From positions 25,048,001 through 25,112,000 of the forward strand of contig OX597826.1 of NCBI GenBank assembly GCA_951406725.2: DNA of 64,000 nt, read 5' to 3'. Shown here in pieces: positions 25,337 to 38,705 of the stretch. Below the pieces are notes generated by a model that worked only from the letters and a program-made list of their open reading frames with translations, ran no database searches and was not told the origin of the DNA. How positions within the stretch are numbered: the stretch's first letter is position 1; each line of letters opens with the position of its first letter. The stretch comes from Octopus vulgaris (taxonomy: Eukaryota). Both the position numbers and the translations under genes were made by a program.

Positions 25337-25850
25337 AAGTTTCTCAATTCCGGTTTCTTTCAATCTCTTAGGTAGCATTTTGGGTCTTTTACCAAGTACA
25401 TCAATTACTATGGAAATAATTGTTGACTTGGTCCTCCACAGTCTCTTCAGCTCTCTGACTAGATCCTGGTATTTCCCACTTTTATTCAGCTTTATTATTA
25501 TCAACTCTGTTATTGTAGAGAATTGCAAAATCAATGTTCTTACACTGTTTATTTTTGTCTTCTATAACCATATCCGGTCTTCTTGCTTCAAAAATATGGT
25601 CACTCTTTATGGGGAAATCCCACAAGATCCTGTAATTCTATTTTTCTCTCACATTCTCATTTTCTCTTTCATTCTCTTACGCAGCAGTTTGGTTGTTGTT
25701 CCAAATGCACCGATTACTTCAGCAACAGTTGTTACCTTTATGGTCCACAATGTCTTCAACTTACCGGTCAGGTCGTGATATTTCTCAATTATTTAATTTC
25801 TATGATATCTACACTACTTTCATATTATACTGCAAATTCTATTGTTATCA
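25171..25850 (-). mobile_element. Two tandem fragments of a restriction-like endonuclease (RLE) LINE, R4/Dong-like
   Basis: ILWDFPIKSDHIFEARRPDMVIEDK...IDFAI...KYQDLVRELKRLW...IVIDVLG...ARILRKTVEI, and a second copy EKYHDLTGKLKTLW...VIGAFG. Confidence 0.8.
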
Positions 25851-25939
25851 TTTATAAAATTGGTAGGCTTGCGGCTTGGCAACTGGAGAGGCAAGACTAT
25901 GTCAACAAACAGCATAGTAGGTCGATGGACAGACTGACC

Positions 25940-26550
25940 TGTAAAATTGCTCGGGGTTTGGTTTGGCTCGGATCTCCTGGTGGGCAAGAATTGGGATGAT
26001 GTTACAAGCAGGGTGGCCAGTCTCACTCAGAAATGGGCCGTGAGGAAATTGTCCCTAAAAAGCCGAGCAGAGGTGGTGAAGTCGCACATCGCCCTTTTAA
26101 TAACATACCACCTGACCATTGTACCTTGCTCCAGTTCACATTTGGTCGGACAGGAGCATTTACTTTTCCGCATCCTATAGAAGGACACATTCCATTGGTC
26201 AGACGCATTCCATTGTTGCCAGTGCCCTCTCGATGGCGTGCTTGGCATACTATGGTTGTAAAATGCGCAGACATGTGCTGCGGCTACGCCTCTTACAAAT
26301 TTTCCTGGACGGTGAGCCGATGTGGTCTCCGCTTGTAAGACACGCTTTTCCGTAGTTCATCTCTTTGACGGAGCTGTAATCCTGGGTCAAGAAAAGACCA
26401 AGACAGGCGCGACTGTCTGAGATCCGTGCAGAGCAACGAAACCGTTCTGCATGCACTCGTGCACTGTCAGAGTACTGCTGAGTTGTGAAGTTTTGTCGTA
26501 TAGCTGTCGGACGAATCTGACTATCGGCCGAATCCATTGTGAGGATCGCC
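25940..26550 (+). mobile_element. Tx1/L1-like LINE ORF2 fragment (post-RT region)
   Basis: LGVWFGSDLLVGKNWDDVTSRV...WAVRKLSLKSRAEVV...YHLTIVPC...RRHVLRLR. Confidence 0.75.
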
Positions 26551-27069
26551 CCACTTTAATAAGGGAGGGCAGGCGGTGTTCCTCTGTAAAGTGGCTATGG
26601 CTAAAGATGTATGGTGAACGAAACTGAAGAGGTTGCAGAAAGATACTTTCCTCTTTGATCAAGCTCTCGTCGTCTTTAAGTTCTACATGGGAAGGAAAGT
26701 GAGGGTGGAGAGAGAAGCGCTACCTCGCATTGAATTTGAGAAAAGATGGGAGACTGTAACAAAAATGATGAGAGTGAAGGACCCTGCTTTAAGTATGTGC
26801 TTGTAGATTGAAGAATATGAGAGAAAGCCTGTACCGTTAGTGGTCAGGGTAATCTGTGGTGTTCCCTGATTGGCCATGGCTAGCGTTTCTCTTGTATCGG
26901 GAGGACTGTATCATTCACATTACTTTATATACTATGCATACTTTTATCGCATTCCCTTGTTTTATCTATTTCTTTCTCTTCCTCTTTTATGTAAATCTCC
27001 ACACAAATTGTTGTCTGTCTTTGTGATGTCCCCCTCATCTATACTCTTGCAGTTAATAAAAGAATAACT

Positions 27070-28570
27070 AGGCGCAGATTTCCTGGTTTGGATGGTCTAC
27101 TGTAAGAGACGACTTGCCAGACGACTTGTTCACCGATGTCTTGACTGACGTTTACTGCAATTGGCAGCAGAACGGGTGTATCTCAAACTCTGTAAACCAG
27201 GGAGTAGTGACGCTGCTGAGGAAAGACGCGTATAAAGGCGTCATAATCAATAATTTTCAACCTACAACTCTGCTAAATGCAGAGTTTAAGACTCTCGCCA
27301 CAGTGTTTGTCTTTGGCAGCGTAGTCGGGAAAGCGTAAACGTGTGCAATTCCTGCTCTGTCTAATCACAATAATCTCAAGCAATACATCCTAGAAAGAAT
27401 AGGTACTAAGCATGGCTTAGGTTGGGCCCCGATCAACTTGGATCAATCGAAAGCTTTCGATGGAATCGACCATTGCTACTCAGTAGCAATCCCCAAGGCA
27501 GCCGGTTCTGCTCCTGTTCTCAGGTGCTCGTTCACTTCAATGTATAACGGCATCTGTTCAGTGGTCAGAGTAAATGGCCACTCATCGGAGCCGTTTCAAA
27601 TCACAGATCATACTCCTGGCCTGTCACCTTTCAAGGGTGTCCTCTTTCATCTCTTCTCTAAGTACTGATCCTTGAGTCACTACTTTGGAAACTGGAGATG
27701 TGGAGGAGTATCCCGTTTTGCATGAGACATCGGCGTATACAGATGATGATACGTAGTAGGGTCGGCAACAATCTAAAGGAATATGAGACTGTAATGGAAC
27801 AAAAATTAATCAGGACAGGTCTGTGGGCTTACAGCTCAGCACCCGAAGAGAAAGTCTATGCCGTCGAACAGCGTCGTGGGGTACTGGACGGATGGTACTG
27901 TTAAGTTGCCTGTGTCTAGTTTGGTCGAAATATATTTACGAATACGAAATGGAGCGATATTACGAGCAGGGCGGCCAGTCTCACCCATAATTTGGCTGAG
28001 AAAAGGTGGCGGATGCATTTGTCACTTTCGTTGTATATTACCGCTTGGCCGACGTGCCTTGTCCTGTTTCTCGTCTGACCAGGTTGGGGTGTTTATTCTC
28101 TCACTTCTTGTAAAAGGGATGCATTCATTGGTCAAGCGATTCCACCGCTGTCAACATCCTCTGGACGGAGGGATCGGTATGGAGTAGCTGTTTATGCACA
28201 GACATGCATTAAGGCTTCGGCATCTACAAATATTCCTAAATGGTGAGCAGGTGTGATTGTCCTTTACCAGGCACGACTTTCCACAGCTGTAGTCCTGGGT
28301 CAAATGAAGAACAAGACTGGTGCCTTACATCTGGAAATGTCAGGTACTCATTGTCCTCTACTAGTCGGATAATGTAGTTGGTGAAACTTCCACATAGACG
28401 TTCAATAGAGGACTAGAAGTAAAGATGAGTAAAGGAATTCTCGAGAAAATTCAACTGTCAGCAAGAATTAACTGGCTGGTATGTCTTAGAGAGCTCTCGA
28501 ACTAGGAACTATGGATAATTTCTAGAAATTTCTAGAAATTTCTGGCTGGCGGTGTTACTGAGTAGTGTTA
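27070..28570 (+). mobile_element. Tx1/L1-like LINE reverse transcriptase, heavily decayed
   Basis: PGLDGL...NQGVVTLLRK...NFQPTTLLNAEFKTLA...LDQSKAFDGIDH...VVRVNGHSSEPF. Many frameshifts. Confidence 0.8.
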
Positions 28571-29569
28571 CAGAAGGATCACTATAGACTATATGATCAT
28601 TCGCAGAAATACAATCAGGTCCAACTGTAATGCTTGTGGTAGCAAGAGCCATCTAAGGGTTTTCTGTCTCCAGGAGTTTTAAAAAGGCAAAGATTAACTA
28701 CAATAGGGTCCTGTGGCTTCCGTTCCAATAGTGACGTCGGTCAAAGCCTCGAAATTGACGGGGGAGATTGCCTTGTCACCGGTTTCAGGAGCTGGCAAGG
28801 AAGCTAAAGGGCTCATTCCTTAAGCCATGACCAGCACTGATTGAGAAAGAAAAGTAAATATGATGGTTAGCTGCACCAGCAATAAATTACAGTTCCCTCA
28901 AAACTAATCAACAACACCACTTTGTTGTTTTGTCATGAGTAAGAGAAGGTGATGGTTGAAAAGGAAATTTCCAAAGGAACGCATAAAATGAACCCTCACA
29001 AGAAGCCTGTTCTGCTCTCTGTGGAAGGGACTTATTCCCCTGATGAGGTAGCTGTGCCATATATATTGCCAGCATCTGCTGAGTGGAAGACTGGGTATGC
29101 TGTGGGTGATGATGTACAGAGATGCACTGATGCTGCGACATCTTCGGCGATCCCCTGATGTTAAACAGTTGTGTCGCTATTTTGTCAGATGCGTTATTCC
29201 TCGTCTCGTCTCTCTTGACAGAGCTGCAGTCCTGTGCCAAGCAAAGATCGAGAGAGGCGTTTGCCATCTAGAATTTTCGGAAGTTGTCCATGACCCTGAT
29301 TTGAAGTTCTCCGGATAGGCCGATCAGTTGCGCTCAGTGACAACCCGAGAACATCATCGACTTGTTTCCCATAGCTTTCTTTAAAAAGCAAAAGCCGACG
29401 TGCCTCTCGGTGACGACGTCAGACTCGAAGAGATCTCTGACCATTTGACAATATTCTGGATTTCAGCCTCCTGATCAACTTCTGTCTTCGTTTAAATCAG
29501 GACTTCAGCTCTACTAAGGAAATAAGCTGCAAGAAATAAGTTACAATTTACCGTCTATGGATCTTTACA

Positions 29570-29850
29570 GAGACAGCAACCGCAGGGCATTTTGCTCATC
29601 ATCAACCACAACATACATAAATCTCTGTGCAGCGGATATTGGCAGTAGATAGAATGCATTCCTTCCACGGGAACAGAAAGAACAAGTCACAACGACCTGG
29701 TGGTAATAAGTAACAGAATCGATGTATGCGCTCGTCACTTCTGCCAGACATTTCAGAGACAAGTTTCTCTCTGTCACTTTCTCCACTACTCATGTGGCCT
29801 CTGTCAGCTACTATCTTCTTAGGAGTCTGGCCTGAGAGCAAACATCTTAA
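29570..29850 (-). mobile_element. Further Tx1/L1-like fragment, inverted
   Basis: RNLSLKCLAEVTSAYIDSVTYYHQVVVTC parallels the 25940-26550 translation. Confidence 0.6.
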
Positions 29851-29963
29851 CTGAGCTTTAGGCCTAATGATTGAATTAAGGTATTAGTTATTTCTCCATC
29901 CACATTCTTATTCCAGTTTCCTATTTTCGTTCGCTCGCTGACCCTCTCAAACGACCTTTCTCT

Positions 29964-30000
<37 letters not shown>

Positions 30001-30283
30001 ACCTCTCTTATCCTACTCCCACTCCATCCCTTCAACTGCAGTTCCTTTATCTCTTACTTGCCCTCAATGAAAGTGACAACACTAATTTTCTTTGTTTCTT
30101 TCGTTTTCTTTTTCCGTTTCTCATTCTCAAACAAAGAACACATTTCTGAAAATTTAGACACTCCTTTACTCTTCATGGCAATGAAACTTACCAAATTCAT
30201 AAACGAACTCTCTCATGAAGTGATTGTTGTTCACCTAAGCCACCTCTGCTTTCCTCAAATTCTGGATGTTAACCCCGGTTAAT

Positions 30284-30610
30284 TTGTGCTCAGTGGTTAG
30301 AGCATCTGGCTCACAATCATGAGGTAGTGAGTTCGATTTCCAGACCGGGTTGTATGTTGTGTTTTTGAGCAAGACACTTTATTTCGCGTTGCTCCTGTCC
30401 ACTCAGCTGTAGAAATGAGTTGCGACATCACTGGTGTCATACTGTATCGGCCTTTGCCTTTCCTTTGGATAACATCGGTGACGTGAAGAGGGGAGGCTGG
30501 TATGCATGGGCGACTGATGGTCTTCCATAAACAACCTTGTCGAGACTTGTACCTTGGAGGACAACTTTCTAGGTGTAATCCCATGGTTATTTATGACCGG
30601 AGGGGGTATT
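30284..30610 (+). mobile_element. tRNA-derived SINE
   Basis: GCTCAGTGG A box, GAGTTCGATTTC B box, TTGAGCAAGACACTTTATTTC core. Confidence 0.75.
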
Positions 30611-31007
30611 TACGCATTACAACCTGGTATTGGCCCAACTTAGTGCAAATCACTTCGAATTAAAAAAAACCATGACTGTTACGTTGTCTGAATACGTAGG
30701 TATCACCTTTCAGTGTTCCACTTAGATGTAAATGACCCTCGACAAATCTAACTGTTGCAGCAAAGTCACAAGAGCTAAAAATATAGAGAAATGGCTAAAA
30801 CAAACTCTGGATGTTAAATTATTCGCCAGTTTATCGCAGGATTATTCATTTTCGCCAGCTGAGTGGACTGGACACAACTGAATACAGCAAGCTATTTAAT
30901 CTATCGCTCTACTTTTTCTTCTACTCACCATTCTTTAATAATTGCTCCTAGCAGAACCACAAGGGTTGGTGAGAGGTCAATAACATCGACCCTGGTACTC
31001 AATTGGT

Positions 31008-31460
31008 AAGGCGGTGAGCTGGCAGAATCGTTAGCACGTCGGAAAAAAAATGCCTAGCGGCATTTCTCCCAGGTTTTTACATTGTGTTCAAATGTCACCG
31101 ATGTTAACTTTGCCGTTCACCTCCTTGGAATCGATAGAATAAACGCCAGTCAAGTACTGAGGTCGGTGTAATCGATTCGTTCTTTCTCTCTAAAATTACT
31201 GGCCTTGAACTTTGCAATGCTCCAACATCCCGTTCAAGAGGAATATTGTGATCTCAGTCACATATAGGCTATAGAAACCGGATAATCAGTTGTTTGAGTC
31301 CTGGGGCTCAAGAAAGGAAATTGCTTGACTAGTAGTTTATTTTATCAACCTCAAAAAAAACAAAACATGGAAGCAAAGTTGACATCGGCGTGATTTGAAC
31401 TTAGAACCTAAAAAGCTGGAAAAATATCGTCCGATGTGCTAACGATACTGCCAGTTCACT
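31008..31460. mobile_element. Nin-like SINE copies in opposite orientations (about 31008-31205 +, 31300-31460 -)
   Basis: GGCGGTGAGCTGGCAGAATCGTTAGCAC head and its reverse complement GTGCTAACGATACTGCCAGTTC. Confidence 0.7.
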
Positions 31461-31462
31461 AT

Positions 31463-31679
31463 TCTTTACTCTTTTACTTGTTTTAGTCATTTGACTGTGG
31501 CCATGCTGGAGCACCGCCTTTAGTCGAGCAAATCGACCCCAGGACTTATTCTTTGTAAGCCTAGTACTTATTCTATCGGTCTCTTTTGCCCCGAATTGCT
31601 AAGTTACGGGGACGTAAACACACCAGCATCGGTTATCGAGCGATGTTAGGGGGACAAACACAGACAAACAAACACATAC

Positions 31680-31737
<58 letters not shown>

Positions 31738-31897
31738 GACGGGCTTCTTTCAGTTTCCGTCAACCAAATCCACTCACAAGGCTTGGGTCGGCCCGAGGCT
31801 AAAGTAGAAGACACTTGCCCAAGATGCCATACAGTGGAACTGAAACCCGGAACCATGTAGTTGGTAAGCAAGCTACTTACCACACAGCCACTCCTAC
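31463..31897 (-). mobile_element. Full-length tRNA SINE with internal microsatellite (family of 13074-13495)
   Basis: Reverse complement of the 13074-13495 structure, including the AAGTAAAAGAGTAAAG tail. Confidence 0.85.
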
Positions 31898-31909
31898 ACC
31901 TTTAATAAT

Positions 31910-32500
31910 CCTTTCTTATTTTGGCAGCAGAAAGTCAGCCGTTTTGAGGGGTGGGGAAGTGGATTACATCGAATCCAGTACTTGACTTTTATTTGTTTTA
32001 TTGATCTCGAAAGGATGAGACGCAAAGTCGACCTCGGTGGAATTTGAACTCAGAGTGTAAACACCATTCTTTAATAATAAATTCTAACAAAGGCACGAGG
32101 TTGAGATTTTGGAGAAAGGATAATCGTTTAAATTGATCCCACTGCTTAACAGTTACTTTATTTAATCGACCCTGGAGTGGGAGATGAATGGCAACGTTGA
32201 CCTCGCCGTGATTTGAACTTAAAGAGTTGGAAGAAATGCTCTGACGACCTACCACTCCAACAACCTTCGACCCCCATTATTTAATAATGTTTTAAATTTA
32301 AGCACAGGCCCAGCAGTTTTTTAGGGTAGGAGAAGATGATTGCATCGATCTCTGTACTTCACTGGTACTTATTTTATCGATCCCGAAAGGATGAAAGGCA
32401 AAGTTGACCTCCGCAGAATTCGAACCCTGAACGGAAAGCTGGACCAAATGCTTAACAACATTTTGTCTGGTATGGTAGGTTATAGTAATTTTAATCGCCA
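31910..32500 (-). mobile_element. Cluster of three partial Nin-like SINEs
   Basis: Repeated motif of the form GTACTT..TTTATCGA..CCCGAAAGGATGAAAGGCAAAGTTGACCTC..ATTTGAACT. Confidence 0.7.
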
Positions 32501-32808
32501 CCCACCTAACATCACTTCACAGTGTTTGGTTGGTATTTCATTTCCTCGACTGTGGAAGGAAAATTGAACTGATATCTTAATATCGACGATATTAAACAAT
32601 GAACATGCATGTAACACATCTAGGTGCAAAATAGAACGAACGATATCTTACGGACAGACTGAGAGTAAAAGAAATTAATATTGAAAGAATGGGGAACGAA
32701 GAAAATAGATGAGATTGCCGAAAGTGTTGGAAGAAAGAAAGGAAGATGAAAGCGATGTCTTTCGCTATCCCCAACTCTCTCAGTCTCTATCTGTCGGCTT
32801 CTTCCTTC

Positions 32809-32842
<34 letters not shown>

Positions 32843-32887
32843 CTTTTACACACACACATATATATACATATATCATGCATACACGCA

Positions 32888-33004
<117 letters not shown>

Positions 33005-33147
33005 CTGTGGGTAAGTAGGAGAGGCGAAATGATAGGTAGAAATAGTTTAATAGCCTCACACACACAAATATACACGGAAACATTATAAATATATGCAAAT
33101 CAGATCAAATATATGTCGGCATGTATATATATATGTGTATATATATA

Positions 33148-33194
<47 letters not shown>

Positions 33195-33280
33195 AATCCA
33201 AACGGGAAACAAAAAAACAACAACAATGGAACAATTACAGTATTATTATTAATAGGCGCTCAGGAAATGGAAGCAGGGAG

Positions 33281-33315
33281 GTATGACGTTTCGAGCGGAG
33301 CTCTTCGTCGGAAAC
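33281..33315 (-). ncRNA. Minimal hammerhead motif identical to 19883-19917, in element about 33187-33367
   Basis: Minus strand GTTT-CCGACGA-A-GAGC-TCC-GCTC-GAAA-CGTC-ATAC. Element flanked by (TA)n on both sides. Confidence 0.65.
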
Positions 33316-33546
33316 ATAAAGAAGGAAGAGAGAGGAAAGAAAGATCCCAGAGCGGGCAACGGAGATAGATATATATATATGTGTGTGTGTGTGTGTATAT
33401 ATATATGTGTGTGTGTGCGTAGTGTGTGTGTGTGTGTGTATGTATATATAATAAAAGAAAACGAAGAAAAGAAACACAAGAAGAAACAACAACGCTACTA
33501 CGTGATACATGCAGAGTATTAACAGACGCTCAGAGAAGGAAAGGGT

Positions 33547-33581
33547 GTTTTACGTTTCGTGCAAAGCTCTTCTTCAGAAGC
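33547..33581 (-). ncRNA. Minimal hammerhead motif in element about 33450-33650 (subfamily of the 11944 copy)
   Basis: Minus strand GCTT-CTGAAGA-A-GAGC-TTT-GCAC-GAAA-CGTA-AAAC. Intact core, one mismatch each in helix I and II, GUA triplet. Confidence 0.68.
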
Positions 33582-33689
33582 AGGAGAGAGGAAAGTCCAT
33601 CAGAAAAGGAATACGGAGGAAAACAATCGCCAACAATCTACATGTAATTACATTTCGAAAAAAGAAAAAGAAAAAAATATATATTCTTT

Positions 33690-34078
33690 TATTCTTTTAT
33701 TGGTTTCAGCCATTTGACTGCGGCCACGCAGCAGCACTGCCTTTAGTCGAATAAATTGACCCCAGGACCTATTCTTAGTAAGTCTAGTACTTATTCTATC
33801 GGTCTTTTTTGCCGAATCGCTAAGTTACGGGGACGTAAACACACCAACATCAGTTGTCAAGCGACAGTGGTGGGGACAAACACAGACATACAGACGTATA
33901 TATGTATAAATATACGGCGTTCTTCTTTCAGTTTCTGCCTACCAAATCCACTCACAAGGCTTTGGTCGACCCAAGGCTATCGTAGAAAACACTTGCCCAA
34001 GGTGTCACACAGTGTGACAGAACACGGAACTATGTGGTTGGGATGCAAGCTTCTTACCGCACAGCCACGCCTGCGCCT
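33690..34078 (-). mobile_element. Full-length tRNA SINE (family of 13074-13495)
   Basis: Ends in CACAGCCACGCCTGCGCC, the reverse complement of the family head. Confidence 0.85.
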
Positions 34079-34124
34079 ATATAAATATATGTGTGAGTGT
34101 GTGTGTGTATTAATAGTAATAGTA

Positions 34125-34272
34125 TGACAACAAAAGAAAACGAAACCTCGATATTATGTAAATAGAGGAATTTATCTGTAATATAATATGTGACAATTAT
34201 TCGGTTGCCATAATAAAACTTGGAGTTTCGGATGTCGGGGCGGAAATTTGCTCCGGCATCTCGTCAGTTCTA
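34125..34272 (-). mobile_element. Penelope pLTR-like repeat with a long-helix-II hammerhead motif (about 34210-34270)
   Basis: Minus strand CTGACGA-GATGCCGGAGC-AAATTTCC-GCCCCGACATC-C-GAAA-CTCCAAG-TT. Downstream sequence is homologous to 44881-45000. Confidence 0.6.
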
Positions 34273-34715
34273 TAAATATATGAGTGCATACTTACTCGTA
34301 TCTTAAGGGAAACAATTTTCTCAAGAGGGTACCATAACACTAATGATGTCTATCTTAAACACAAGGGCTTCTCTCAATTTTTCTTCTCAAGGGTAGCGGG
34401 TGCAGTCGATTAAACCGATCCCCCTCTCTCCGATACTTGGCTGGTTCTTATTTTTATTGACATCGGGAACGATAAAAGTTAAGACGACCAATATAATAAT
34501 GATTTATGAAATAAGCACAAGTCCCGATAAATTTGGTGCTGGTGGTAATGGCAGTGATGTGAAGATGGTGTTAGTGTGGTGGTGGTGGTGGTGGTGGTTG
34601 TGGTAGCAAAGGCGGTGATAGTGACGGTGGGGGTAAAACAGTCTGTTATATCGACCCTTAGAGTGTGACTGCTAGTTTACTTCACATCCCGTTCCGGAAT
34701 AACAACAACAATAAA

Positions 34716-35297
34716 GTGTGTATATCTTCATTTGCTCTTATGCCGTTTATATTAATATGAAGTAACAGAGAAGTGGTATGAGCATGTACCAAGTAAAGTT
34801 ATGCAGGAGATTGGAGTAGTAACGATACTCTGGGACTATGATTTTCAGACGAATCGTGTAATCGAAGATCGTCGGCCGGATATTGTCATATTGAATAAGA
34901 GAGACAAATACTGTCAGATGATTGATGTAGCCATACCAAATGACATGAATGTTGTGAGTAAAGAGGTTGAAAAAGCCACCAAGTACTACGAATTGAAAGT
35001 GGAAATGTATGGAATGCGAGAGGGTAATGTAAAAGCGATACCAGTGGTGATCGAAGCGCTGGGCTCAATCCCATTGAAACTTCAAGACTTTCTAAGGCAA
35101 CTAGAAATCCCGTGCAAGATTGATGTCTTGCGAAAAGCAGCCTTATTGGGCACAGCGCATATCTTAAGGAAAGTATTATAAGTCTGAGGTCCTTGTGACA
35201 CTTGACAGATGACTATAAACTCCGGTGCATTTTTACCTACACTGTGTTATGAAGGAATAATAATGATGATGACGATGATGATGATGATGATGATAAT
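34716..35297 (+). mobile_element. R4/Dong-like RLE LINE 3' end (restriction-like endonuclease domain plus tail)
   Basis: KWYEHVP...ILWDYDFQTNRVIEDRRPDIVI...IDVAIP...EKATKY..L...IPVVIEALG...KAALLGTAHILRKVL* (stop at 35179-35181), followed by a short UTR and a (TAA/TGA)n tail. Confidence 0.88.
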
Positions 35298-35456
35298 GTT
35301 TTAACCACAACGGTTTACATTAAGTAAAACATTATGGACAGTACAGGACAAAATAAAGAATGTGTTTGTATGTGTGTGAGTTTGTGCTGTGAGGATATTA
35401 ATAGTAATGGTGATAATAATTTCTTCTATGCATGTATGTGAGTTCTTGTACTAAAC

Positions 35457-35493
<37 letters not shown>

Positions 35494-35508
35494 CATTCAC
35501 ACACATGC

Positions 35509-35653
<145 letters not shown>

Positions 35654-36181
35654 CTGGAAAGGAAATAAATTGATAGCTAGGGTGTGTAAGGCACACAGGC
35701 ATGTATGCTAGGAAGATAGAGCCCGGTAACCCCAGGACGGATGGGACACAATAGATGATAAATAGATTAACAGATAGACACACTGATAGATTAAGAGGTG
35801 GCGGGGAGAAGTTAGGGTAGGCATAACAGACGGATGGGCGGACAAGCGGAAAGATGGGGCAGACGAAATAACAGACAGCTCAACAGCTCGATTAGAAAAA
35901 GACATACGGAAGGAATGTGGAAAATATAAAAAAATGTAAAGAAAAGACTAAAAAGATTCTGGAATAAAGATAGAAAGCTTTTATTTAATTTGTTGCGTTG
36001 TTGTTGTTGCTGTTGTTGTTGTATTTGTTTGTTTTGTATTTTTGTTTTGTATTTTATTTTAATAACTGAGCAATTACGAATATATGTAATTGTATGTAGG
36101 TACGTACATGTATGTGCATATGCATGCGTACGTTCTGTGGAATGTGATTCTATTATACCACACTACTCACACATGCTATAT

Positions 36182-36269
<88 letters not shown>

Positions 36270-36703
36270 ATGTGTGTGTGTGTGTGTGTGTACGTGTGTG
36301 TGTGTATGTATGTATGTGTACGTATCTTACATTAGATGTAGGTAGGTACCTTTCTGTATGTGACTTATGGTGAAGTTCAGCGTGCTTGGATGTTTACGTT
36401 TGTAAGCAAGAATTAACGAGGAAAGGTAACGAGGAAGAGAAAGAGAAAGTGAGGGAAAAAGTGGGGTGGGAGAGAGAGAAAGAGAGAGAGAGAGAGAGTG
36501 AGAAGGAAAGAAGGAAAGAAACAGAGGAAAAAAATGTAAGAGAAACAGTTCTGCCTGCTTTCTTGCCCATCCCACACAACATCAACTAGAACAGCAGCAG
36601 CCCTTACCATCTTTGACTTGAAGAACTATCGTGTTACCATACCAAACTCTATCTTCACATCACCTTGCCATGAAAACGAATAAAAAAAGACTACCGGTTG
36701 GTT

Positions 36704-36719
36704 GCGCCACCTGGTGGCC
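36704..36719 (-). promoter_or_regulatory. Candidate CTCF site containing an E-box (CAGGTG)
   Basis: Minus strand GGCCACCAGGTGGCGC fits the CTCF core consensus CCASYAGRKGGCRS at all 14 positions. Confidence 0.65.
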
Positions 36720-36734
36720 GTTCCCTCATTGCCG

Positions 36735-36773
36735 TATAAATACGTAGCTCTTCAGCTATTTAAGACATCAGTT
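36735..36773 (+). promoter_or_regulatory. Putative core promoter of paramyosin: TATA box and initiator
   Basis: TATAAATA at 36735 and TCAGTT Inr at 36768-36773. Spacing is 35 nt, slightly longer than typical. Lies about 180 nt upstream of a strong AAACCATGG start context, in non-repetitive DNA. Confidence 0.6.
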
Positions 36774-36948
36774 TTTGGGCGTTCGGATTAGTCTGCTAAA
36801 TTTATCAGGTGGTAAGCTCTGTGCCAGCTGAGTATTTGCTGTAGCCCCCTCCATTTCGGCTTCAAATTGCTGAAAGATAAATAGATTGAAAGTCTATTTT
36901 CATTGATATTCGTTTATTTGAGTAAGCAAGCGATTAAAACCAGAAACC

Positions 36949-37041
36949 ATGGACATAGATTCAGATATCAGTGTAAAACGCACTTATCGTCGTTATGAGG
37001 TGTACAGGGGTCAGTCTCCAACCAGTCAAAGCAGGACTGAG
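36949..37041 (+). CDS. Prm: Paramyosin, coding exon 1 (MDIDSDISVKRTYRRYEVYRGQSPTSQSRTE)
   Basis: ACCATGG start, 93 nt, phase-0 donor GAG|GTAAGT. VYRGQSP resembles the non-helical head of lophotrochozoan paramyosins (IYRGxSP). Joins in frame to exon 2. Confidence 0.88.
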
Positions 37042-37256
37042 GTAAGTTGTTTTTTTTTTCCTACCTCGGAAATACTCATGGACGTTGCTATTAATGATTT
37101 TGTTGTCGTTGTTATGACATTTTAATTATTATTATTACTATTGCTACTTTACATTGCGACTATCATCACCGCTTATTGATTTCTTTGATCACTTAATGAT
37201 CCACTTCTAAAATTTTCGTGTGGTTTTCATTATTGTAAGGCTTTTGCCAGAATCAT

Positions 37257-37291
<35 letters not shown>

Positions 37292-37434
37292 TACACACAT
37301 ACACACATACATACACACACATACATACACACACACTTGCATGTACATATATACATACATACATGTGTATATAGCCATACACACATACCTACATATATAT
37401 ATATATATAAGTATAAATATATATACATATGTAA

Positions 37435-37513
<79 letters not shown>

Positions 37514-38397
37514 CATATATATATGTATATAACTTATACATTGATGATATATATGAAAAGATTTTAAAGGACAAAAAAAATTAATGAAATGAAATCAAAT
37601 TGAAGATTTTTTCCACAATGGTTTTGAAAAAAAAGAAAATTATATGGAGAATTACACAAGTTTCGGATTCTTTGGATAAATGGATACACACATACGCTCT
37701 ACTTCATCTTGACAGCAGACGATACAATTATAAATCTAACGAAACACTATGGAAAGAATATACACCCAGAAGATCATAAAACAAATAATATTTGGAAACT
37801 AATACCATCTTCTTTTGTCTTGGGCATCGTTCTAACAACACCTACTTTCAAAATTACCAAAAATGGATTTCAATTTTTTTCCCCTCGAAAAAGTCCAAGA
37901 TAGCTTTTGGGCTTCAAATTTCTTGATGTAAATGATAATGCACAAAACTGGATGCTTTCTGATATCTGGTTTGATGTATTTTGTTTTAGTCTCATCGGAG
38001 AGTCGATTTCAGTCTTTCAATCCCTCCTTCGGAGATGAATGAAATAAATAAATAGAAATCTCGCAACCAAATATATTGGAATCGATTTATTTAATATTGC
38101 TCCATTATTACTATTATTATTTTTACTTGAAAGCGCTTTTTAGCAGTCGCTCGACCCGCTAGAAATAGCACGTAAATTTCTGTCTCTAATCATAAATTGT
38201 GATTTTTAAAAATTTCTTAAGGACACACTCTTATGCGTATAAACATATACAAAATGGTCATTGTTAGAAAATCTTTGATCATATTGGCTGCTCAATCAGA
38301 GCTGAGCAGGAACAAAGCAAAAAGATGTACAAAAAGTGAAAAGTAGAGAGAGAAAAAAATGAAAGCGAGAGATAGAGAGATAGATAGATAGAGATAG

Positions 38398-38468
<71 letters not shown>

Positions 38469-38642
38469 GAGAGAGGGAAAAATAATGAAAAAGTGGTGTC
38501 GAATCCCATAAATTCCATTATTGATTTAAAAAGTACAAATGTGCAAGCTAGCATTTCCGGCATGAAATTTCCAAATTAGAGATAATCAGTAAACGAACAA
38601 AAACAATTTGATCCAGAAGCATCTATTTAATTCCTGCACATC

Positions 38643-38705
<63 letters not shown>

